A stretch of DNA of 64,000 bases, from NCBI GenBank assembly GCA_965218795.1, contig OZ244653.1, forward strand, positions 3,040,001-3,104,000. The letters are read 5' to 3'. The position numbers were made by a program, and so were the translations under genes. Below, piece after piece: positions 57,182-64,000 of the stretch; positions within the stretch are counted from its first letter, which is position 1; each line of letters opens with the position of its first letter. The notes beneath the pieces were generated by a model. That model saw nothing but the letters and a program-made list of their open reading frames with translations. It ran no database searches and was not told the DNA's origin. This DNA is from a bacterium. GTDB lineage: Bacteria; UBA8248; JACPRG01; G963555815.

Positions 57182-58189
57182 ATGAAAACGAACATGACCG
57201 GAAAGGATTACATCTCCACGCAGGATTGGTCGGAGCAGGAGTTGGAGACCGCCATTCAGGTCTCCAACTATCTCAAGATGAAGATAGCTCTGGGCGAGCC
57301 CCACCGCCTGTTGGCCGACAAGACCCTCTTCATGATCTTCTTCGATAAGTCGACGCGCACGCGGAACTCCTTCGAGGGAGGCATCACCCAGCTCGGCGGC
57401 CACGCCCACGACCTCAACCCGGACATCATGCAGATATCTCACGGCGAGAGTCCCCGGGACATGGGGATCATTCTCTCGAGCTACGGCCACGGCATCGCCA
57501 TTCGGCACGACCTGGTGCCGGGCGAGGGCGCGGCCTACATCCGCGAGGTGGCCGAGCACGCCTACGCGCCGGTGATCAGCATGCAGGACGACGTCGATCA
57601 CCCGTGCCAGACCCTGACCGATCTGATGACGATCCGGGAGCGCTTTGGCCAGAACCTCCGGGGCCTGAAGATCGCTGTCTCCTGGGCCTACGCCCCGAGC
57701 TACGCCAAGCCCATGAGCGTGCCGCAGGGGCTGGTTTTGCTCATGACCCGCTTTGGCCTGGACGTGACCCTGGCCCATCCTCCCGAGTACACTCTGATGG
57801 ATCACGTCATGGAGCAGGCCACGAAGAACGCGGAGGAGCACGGGACGAAGTTCGAGGTGACCGACGAAATGGACGCGGCCTTCGAGGGCGCGCACATCGT
57901 CTATCCCAAGAGCTGGGGCATCGAGTCCCTTTTCCACAAGCCGGAGGAAGCTCTGGAGATCAGCAAGAAGTACACGGATTGGATTTGCGACGAGCGCCGC
58001 ATGGGACTCGCGGACAAGCGAAAAATCTACATGCACTGCCTGCCGGCCGACCGGGGGTTTGAGGTGACGGACGCGGTGATCGACGGCCCGTGTTCGGTGG
58101 TGTTCGACGAGGCGGAGAATCGCCTCCACACCGCCAAGGCCCTGATGGCCCTCACCATGGGCGGCGGCCGGCCGTTCGAGGCGTTTTAA
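57182..58189 (+). CDS. ygeW: YgeW-like (knotted) carbamoyltransferase
   Basis: STRTRNSF, DHPCQ, SWAYAPSYAKPMSVPQG, YPKSW, MHCLPAD. Confidence 0.8.
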   Translation: MKTNMTGKDYISTQDWSEQELETAIQVSNYLKMKIALGEPHRLLADKTLFMIFFDKSTRTRNSFEGGITQLGGHAHDLNPDIMQISHGESPRDMGIILSSYGHGIAIRHDLVPGEGAAYIREVAEHAYAPVISMQDDVDHPCQTLTDLMTIRERFGQNLRGLKIAVSWAYAPSYAKPMSVPQGLVLLMTRFGLDVTLAHPPEYTLMDHVMEQATKNAEEHGTKFEVTDEMDAAFEGAHIVYPKSWGIESLFHKPEEALEISKKYTDWICDERRMGLADKRKIYMHCLPADRGFEVTDAVIDGPCSVVFDEAENRLHTAKALMALTMGGGRPFEAF

Positions 58190-58398
58190 TTTTTCAGACT
58201 AAGGAGGCTCTTGAAGCACCGTATCTCCGCAATTTCGGAGCGGCGGCGATGCGCCTCAGCGTATTCGCGTGCTCCGCACGGCTGAAGGGAGGGAGCTCCG
58301 GCCGATGGCTGTCCGTGCCCCCCGTCGGCGACGCACCTGGATGACCGAATCGGGGATTTTTTCGACTTGAATCGGTAAGCGACCCCTTGTTCGGGACT

Positions 58399-59145
58399 TC
58401 ACTGCATTACCGCCCCGCCGTTGATCAGGAGCGACTGCGCGGTGATGAAGTCCGAATCGGCGGAGAGGAAAAAGATCAGCGACCCCAACATGTCGGCGGG
58501 CACCTCGGTCCGCTGGATGATGCGTCCTCTCCGGATCATCTCGTCGTGTTGGGGCCTCTCGCGGGCGTCCCGCTCGTGGGGAATGTAATCGGGCGCGACG
58601 GCGTTCACGTTGATGCCATACGGACCGCACTCGCGGGCGAGGGCGCGCGTGAGGCCGATCACGCCGGCCTTCGATGTCACGTAGTGGAGGAAGTTCTCCG
58701 TCCCCTTGTGCACCGTGTTGGAGGCGATGTTGATAATGCGGCCGTGGCCCTGTTCCTTCATGTAGGGGAAGACGGCTTTGCAGCAGTGAAAGACCCCTTT
58801 GAGGTTGATGGCCATCAGCCGGTCCCACTCCTCCTCGGCGATCTCGTAAAATGGCTTCAGCTCGATGTCGTGGAACAGGGCGGCGTTGTTGACAATACCG
58901 TCGATCCGACCGTATCGCTCATGCGCGGTCCGGGCCATGTTCCGTGTGGCCTCCTCGTTGGAAACGTCCACGTGAACGCCCGCGGCCTCGCCTCCGGCGG
59001 CTTTGATTCTCTCGACCGTCTCCTCGCAGTCGCGGATGTCCGCCGCCACGATTCTTGACCCTTCCTTCGCCAGGCCCGTTGCGTAAACCTGCCCGATATT
59101 CCGGGCCGCGCCCGTCACGATGACCACCTTGTCCTTGAGCCTCAT
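58399..59145 (-). CDS. SDR family oxidoreductase
   Basis: VTGAARNIG, NNAA, NIAS, YVTSK. Confidence 0.92.
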   Translation of the reverse strand: MRLKDKVVIVTGAARNIGQVYATGLAKEGSRIVAADIRDCEETVERIKAAGGEAAGVHVDVSNEEATRNMARTAHERYGRIDGIVNNAALFHDIELKPFYEIAEEEWDRLMAINLKGVFHCCKAVFPYMKEQGHGRIINIASNTVHKGTENFLHYVTSKAGVIGLTRALARECGPYGINVNAVAPDYIPHERDARERPQHDEMIRRGRIIQRTEVPADMLGSLIFFLSADSDFITAQSLLINGGAVMQ

Positions 59146-59187
59146 CCGGTCCTGTTTCCCCTCTCGGGGTGTTCTTGTGAAAACCTG

Positions 59188-59745
59188 TCAGAAACCGACG
59201 CCTTGAAGCTCCCTGGCGCGTTTTCGGTGCTCCGGAAGCACCTTTTCCAGATCGCAGGTCAGGAGTTGGCTGGCCTCTACAACCACTTCGCCGTTCACGA
59301 TCAGCGTTCTGACCCGAGTCGTCGCGCAAAGCACCATGGCCGCCAGCGGGTCTCCGGCTCCGGAATACCCTTATGTCTTCCAGAGAAAAGATGGCGATGT
59401 CCGCGCACAGACCGGGCTTCAATGCCCCCACATCGTCGCGGCCGAGGCATCGCGCCCCTCCGAGCGTCGCCAATCGCATGGCGTCCTGAACCGTGATCGC
59501 CTTGGGTCCATTGATGGCGCGCTGGAGCAGCAGTGCCCGTTTGACCTCGGCGAGCAGGTCCGATGAGTCGTTCGACGCGCTCCCGTCCACGCCGAGGCCT
59601 GCCGGCGAGATCCCTTCCAGAAGATCGCCCACCCTTGCCACGCCCGAGCCGCACCGCATGTTGCAGGTAGCGCAGTGGGCGACGCCCACGCCGGCTTTGC
59701 CGAGGCGGTGATCGCCGTGGCGTCGCGGATGAGGGTCCGCGTCAT
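59188..59745 (-). pseudogene. 8-oxoguanine-deaminase-like amidohydrolase with a large internal deletion and a frameshift
   Basis: MTRTLIRDATAIT joined to ...VAHCATCNMRCGSG, GLGVDGSASND, ATLGGARCLGR; second frameshift near 59370. Confidence 0.8.
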
Positions 59746-62045
59746 CGGGCGGCCTGCTCCCGGAGTGCATGGAAGACGCGCTCGGGCGTTGCGGGCGTCC
59801 GGTGGATCCCCACCCCCGTCGCGTCCCGGATGGCGTTGACGACCGCGGCGGCGGCGGGGAGCGTCACAATTTCCCCCGCGCCCTTCGCTCCGAAGGGACC
59901 GAGGGGCTCGTAGCCGTCGATCAGATGCGTCTCGATTTCGGGGGCGTCGAGGGCCGTCCCGATTAGATAGGTCGTGAAGTTCGGGGTCAGGACGACCCCG
60001 GCGTCGGTGAGCACGGTATCCTCCCACATGCCGATGCCGGCGCTGTAGAGGGATCCTCCCTCGCTCTGGCCCTCCAGCCCCTGGGGATTGATCACCCGTC
60101 CCACGTCCTGGGCCGTCACGAGGTCGAGCAGCCGGACGCGCCCTGTGAGCGTATCCACCTCCACCCGGGCGAGGTGCGTGGCGAAGGCGTAGAGGAGGTG
60201 GGGAAGCTCCTCGGTGCCCGGAATGGTGGTTTCGTCCCGCGGCCAGTCGTACCGCGCCTCCACCTCTCCCGAATCGCCTCGCTCATGAATGGCCTTTCCG
60301 ATTTCGGCGTAGGAGACGGCCCGCTCCGGCGCCGAGCGCGAGCGGACGGTTCCCTCGTGGAGCTCTAGGTCTTCTTCTCCGACTTCGAGCCGCCCCGCCG
60401 CCTCCTTCTTCAACAGAGCCTCCATCAGGGGGGCGGCCTCGAGGATGGCATTCCCTCCGGTGACGGTCGATCGGGAGGCGTCGGCCCCGCCGCACTCCAG
60501 GACGTGGTCCGTATCGACCGAGAGAAGCTCGACGTTCTCGGGCGCGCAGTGCAAGGTCTCCGCGGCCATCTGGACAAATCCTGTCGTGATCCCCTCCCCC
60601 ATCTCGATGAGACCGATACCCAGACTGAGTTTCCCCTCCGGGGTCAACGCGATCCGGACTGAACCGCCGTCGGGGAATTGGCCGAGACCGATCCCTTTCA
60701 CGCCGGACGCGAGGCCGACTCCCCGCTTGAGCCACGGGCGGGCGACGTCCTTCTTCCATACCTCTCGGGTCCGCCAGGCATCGGACGACTCGACGGCGGC
60801 CAGCGTCTCTTCGAAATGGCAGGAACACTGCAGGGCATTGCCGAGGGAGGCAGTGTCCCCTTTTCGGATGGCGTTGCGTTTCCTTAATTCCAGGGGATCC
60901 ATCGACAGGGCTCCGGCCAGATCATCCATGTGGGATTCCATGGCCAGACATGCCTGCACCGCGCCGAATCCCCGCACCGCGCCGGCGGGCGTGTTGTTCG
61001 TGATCACGCAGTAGCCGTCAACCCAAACGTTGGGAATGCGGTACGGCCCGCTGACCGACTCCACGGCCACGCAGACGACGGCGGGTCCGTAGCCGATGTA
61101 GGCCCCGGTGTCCGCGACGACCCGGGCCCGGTGGGCGACCAGGGTCCCGTCTTTTTTCGCACCGGTCTTCAGCGTGATGCGGAAAGGGTGCCGCTTCCAG
61201 CCGGCCAGGGTGGATTCCTCGCGGTCCCAGAACAGCCGGACGGGCCGTCCCGTCAGCATCGCCGTCAAGCCCAGGTGGATCTGAACGGTAACGCCGTCCT
61301 TTGGGCCGAATCCACCCCCCAGGGGAGAGGCCTGAATCCGAATCCGCTCCAAGGGAAGATTGAGCGAACGGGAGATTTCGCGTCGGTCCCGGAAGGGGTT
61401 CTGCGCCCCGCTCTGGATGATCAGGATGTCCCCCTCCATCCGGGCGACGCCTGATTCGGGCTCGATGAAGGCCGCGGTCTGCCGGGGGGTCTCGAAAGTG
61501 TTTTCGACGACGATGTCCGCATCGCCGAACCCGGCATCGACATCTCCGTGTCCGAGGTGAAATTCCTTCACCAGATTCCCGTTTTCCCCGATGGAACAGG
61601 CACCCTCCTTCATCGCCTCATCCGGATCGGTGATCACCGGGAGCGGCTCGTATTCCACATCGATCAGCTCCAGCGCGGCGGAGGCCGCCTCCTTCGTTTC
61701 GGCCACCACCAGGGCGATGGCGTCCCCGTGAAAGCGGACCCGTTCGCCGCACAGGACCGGCTGCTCGGGGATGAATACGCCGTGGTTGTTCTCCCCGGGG
61801 ACATCCTTGGCGGTGATGACCCGAACCACGCCCGGTGTCTTCTCCGCCTTGGAGATGTCGAGAGAGCGGATACGGGCGTGCACGCTCCCGGACGGACCCG
61901 GTTCCGATCGCTTGGTCCGAACCCAGAGGACGTCGTCGGGATACAGGTCGGAGAAGTAGCGGGTCTCTCCCGTGGTCTTGCCGTCGCCGTCGACCCGCCG
62001 GAGCGATTGCCCCACCGGCCCGTTCCCGCTTCGCTCAGGAGCCAT
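59742..62045 (-). CDS. Xanthine dehydrogenase family molybdopterin-binding subunit (PucD-like)
   Basis: LGGGFGPK, KRHP, AGAVRGFGAVQ, EMGEG, GPFGAKGAGE. Confidence 0.92.
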   Translation of the reverse strand: MAPERSGNGPVGQSLRRVDGDGKTTGETRYFSDLYPDDVLWVRTKRSEPGPSGSVHARIRSLDISKAEKTPGVVRVITAKDVPGENNHGVFIPEQPVLCGERVRFHGDAIALVVAETKEAASAALELIDVEYEPLPVITDPDEAMKEGACSIGENGNLVKEFHLGHGDVDAGFGDADIVVENTFETPRQTAAFIEPESGVARMEGDILIIQSGAQNPFRDRREISRSLNLPLERIRIQASPLGGGFGPKDGVTVQIHLGLTAMLTGRPVRLFWDREESTLAGWKRHPFRITLKTGAKKDGTLVAHRARVVADTGAYIGYGPAVVCVAVESVSGPYRIPNVWVDGYCVITNNTPAGAVRGFGAVQACLAMESHMDDLAGALSMDPLELRKRNAIRKGDTASLGNALQCSCHFEETLAAVESSDAWRTREVWKKDVARPWLKRGVGLASGVKGIGLGQFPDGGSVRIALTPEGKLSLGIGLIEMGEGITTGFVQMAAETLHCAPENVELLSVDTDHVLECGGADASRSTVTGGNAILEAAPLMEALLKKEAAGRLEVGEEDLELHEGTVRSRSAPERAVSYAEIGKAIHERGDSGEVEARYDWPRDETTIPGTEELPHLLYAFATHLARVEVDTLTGRVRLLDLVTAQDVGRVINPQGLEGQSEGGSLYSAGIGMWEDTVLTDAGVVLTPNFTTYLIGTALDAPEIETHLIDGYEPLGPFGAKGAGEIVTLPAAAAVVNAIRDATGVGIHRTPATPERVFHALREQAAR

Positions 62046-62048
62046 ATC

Positions 62049-62912
62049 TCAACTTTCCATCAGGACGTCGTACATTCCTTGATAGAAGAGACCCGGAATC
62101 AGGGCCCTTCTGTACTCGGCCGAGGCCCGGACATCGTCGATGGGTTGGGCCGATTGCGCGGCGAGTTGGCCGATCTCCATCAGGTCATCAGGCTTGACCG
62201 GCCCTTCGGTCAACGCGCTTTCAGCCGCCGGCGCCCGGCACACGGTCGGGGCGACCGCCCCCAAGGCCACCCGCGCCGAGGTGAATTTTCCCGACTGGCC
62301 GGACGCCCGACCGACCCGGGCGGCTACCCCCGCCACGGAGATCGCCAGAGCGTCCCGCAGGTCGAGCCGCCGGTAGAAGCTGGTCTCGCGCTCCTTCATC
62401 ACGGGGAAACGCACCGCGGTGATGAGCTCATCGGAGCTGCGGGCCGTCTGTCCCGGCCCGAACATATACTTCTCGAGAGATACGTCACGGACGCTGCTGC
62501 TGCTCTCGAGGACGGCCTGCGCGCCGAGCGCGAGCAGGGGGGGCAGGGCGTCCCCGGCCGGCGAGGCCGTCCCCAGGTTGCCCGCCACCGTCGCCCGGTT
62601 CCGGATCTGGACCGAGCCGAACAGCGCCGCGGCTTCCCACAGGGCAAGCCCATGGCAGCGGATGATATCCGACCGGAGAAGGTCGGTCAGGGTCGTCAAT
62701 GCGCCGATTTCGATGAATCCGTCCTCCTCCCGGATGAACCGGAGCTCCCCTCCGAGGTAAGAGAGATTAAGGTAGCGGCTCACCCCCATCCGGCCGTCGC
62801 GCACCCAGACGACGACGTCCGTGGCGCCGGAGACCACACGCAGGTCGTCTCCGTCGGTCGCCAGGGCGTCCATAGCCTCCTCCAGGGTCCGGGGGTTGAG
62901 GAATTCGGTCAC
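62049..62912 (-). CDS. Molybdenum hydroxylase FAD-binding subunit
   Basis: SGATDV, FGSVQIRNRATVAGN, ASPAGD, PIDDVRASAEYR; GTG start overlaps the upstream stop. Confidence 0.9.
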   Translation of the reverse strand: MTEFLNPRTLEEAMDALATDGDDLRVVSGATDVVVWVRDGRMGVSRYLNLSYLGGELRFIREEDGFIEIGALTTLTDLLRSDIIRCHGLALWEAAALFGSVQIRNRATVAGNLGTASPAGDALPPLLALGAQAVLESSSSVRDVSLEKYMFGPGQTARSSDELITAVRFPVMKERETSFYRRLDLRDALAISVAGVAARVGRASGQSGKFTSARVALGAVAPTVCRAPAAESALTEGPVKPDDLMEIGQLAAQSAQPIDDVRASAEYRRALIPGLFYQGMYDVLMES

Positions 62913-63361
62913 GTCAGGGTCCTCTCGATGGCGTTCACGATCTTCGTGTAGCCCGTACAGCGGCAGAGGTTGCCCGCAATGCCTTCGCGGATCTCTTTGC
63001 GGGAGGGCGCCGGACTGTTCGCCAGGAGGGCCTTGGCCGCCAGAATGATGCCCGGTATGCACGCGCCGCACTGGACGGCCCCTTCCCGGACGAAGGATTC
63101 CTGAAGCGGATCCAGCCGGCCGTCGCGGGCCAGGCCCTCAATCGTCAAGACCTCGGCTCCTTCGAGCTGGCCCACAAAGACGAGGCAGGAGTCGACGACT
63201 TCGCCGTCGACGAGAACGCTGCACGCGCCGCACTCGCCCTCGGCGCAGCCTTCCTTGGCGCCTATCAGGCCTAAGTCTTCACGTAGATGGTCGAGGAGCG
63301 TCCTGTCGCCCGGTACGTCGGACTCCACGGGACGGCCATTGAGCGTGAATCGGTAACCCAA
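62909..63361 (-). CDS. Molybdenum hydroxylase 2Fe-2S subunit
   Basis: KEGCAEGECGACSV, QCGACIPG, NLCRCTGY. Confidence 0.93.
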   Translation of the reverse strand: MGYRFTLNGRPVESDVPGDRTLLDHLREDLGLIGAKEGCAEGECGACSVLVDGEVVDSCLVFVGQLEGAEVLTIEGLARDGRLDPLQESFVREGAVQCGACIPGIILAAKALLANSPAPSRKEIREGIAGNLCRCTGYTKIVNAIERTLT

Positions 63362-63390
63362 ATCGCAACATCCTCCGTGATTTCGTCCGT

Positions 63391-64000
63391 TTAGAGGGGC
63401 TTACTCGAGACCACGGGCTTTCCGATGATCTTATACGATGGCCACCATCTCTTGAGCTTGAGGTCTTCGACGATCTTGTTGGCGCAGTTGTACCCGGGCC
63501 CGAAGTGGAGAGAACCGCCCGGGTGGCATCCCGACCCGCAAAGGTAGAGACCCTCGATGGGCGTGGAGTAGCTGTTGCACTCCGGGAAGGGGCGCCCGTC
63601 GTACCACTGGCCGTTGCCGTAGGAACCCTGACGGCAGCCGCCGCCCACCATGTTGATGATGCGGTTCTCGATATCCGAGGGGGTGTAGCAATACTTGCCG
63701 AGGTACACGTCTTCGGTGAGGTTGGGCGCGTATTCCCGCCAGCGGGCGGCGATGGTCTCGAAGTACTCCCACTTGATGTCGTCGTAGGTCTTGCCGTCCG
63801 CCAGCTTGTCCGCGGCGGGTCCCGCCTGCCAGAAGAGAAGGGGATTTTTGCCCGGCGCTCCGTATGAAGGATCGATGACCGTGTGACAGCAGCCGTCTCC
63901 GCCCGGCCGGTCCGGAAGTTTCCCCTGGTCGATCTGCTTCCAATGCGAATCCAGTTCGGCCATGGAGTTGATACCGAGAAAGATGCAGAGCGCCCGGTTC
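63391..64000 (-). CDS. Phytoene-dehydrogenase-like FAD oxidoreductase, C-terminal part (5' end outside window)
   Basis: DPSYGAPGK, YAPNL, TPIEGLYLCGSGCHPGG, GYNCA. Confidence 0.8.
   Translation of the reverse strand, partial: NRALCIFLGINSMAELDSHWKQIDQGKLPDRPGGDGCCHTVIDPSYGAPGKNPLLFWQAGPAADKLADGKTYDDIKWEYFETIAARWREYAPNLTEDVYLGKYCYTPSDIENRIINMVGGGCRQGSYGNGQWYDGRPFPECNSYSTPIEGLYLCGSGCHPGGSLHFGPGYNCANKIVEDLKLKRWWPSYKIIGKPVVSSKPL

Noticed and set aside
57182-58189. Ordinary argF ornithine carbamoyltransferase
   Set aside because: WAYAPSYAKP and YPKSW motifs and adjacency to ygeY fit YgeW-like enzymes better
1-64000. Genome-wide TGA reassignment (genetic code 4 or 25)
   Set aside because: Many genes end normally at TGA, often overlapping the next start (21613, 30358, 40304, 59742), and Trp is encoded by TGG

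Overview
GC-rich bacterial window dominated by transport and catabolism of amides and N-heterocycles: an ABC sugar-type transporter with acetamidases, four xanthine-dehydrogenase-family molybdoenzyme large subunits, a hydantoinase-like enzyme, PrpF/Mii with PrpB/Dml, UbiD, a Rieske oxygenase, a RutB-like hydrolase and ygeY-ygeW. It also has tRNA-Leu(TAA), rfbB, a sahR-metF-metH operon, a decayed Pho locus, a RelE-XRE toxin-antitoxin pair, an IS3 element and a deleted IS5 element. Two genes that the ORF track splits in two read through an in-frame TGA at a catalytic-Cys position and have a SECIS-like hairpin just downstream. These are best read as selenoproteins: an OsmC-like protein (8005..8574, -) and a DsbA-like UxxC protein (41543..42142, +). 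An AT-richer decayed island (about 10.4-14.2 kb) holds an IS-split zinc-ribbon gene, a degenerate tRNA-like element and NrdR-like boxes. Many pseudogenes and deletion scars suggest ongoing erosion, although some single-base lesions could be assembly errors. Family assignments come from recognising motifs by eye, not from database searches.
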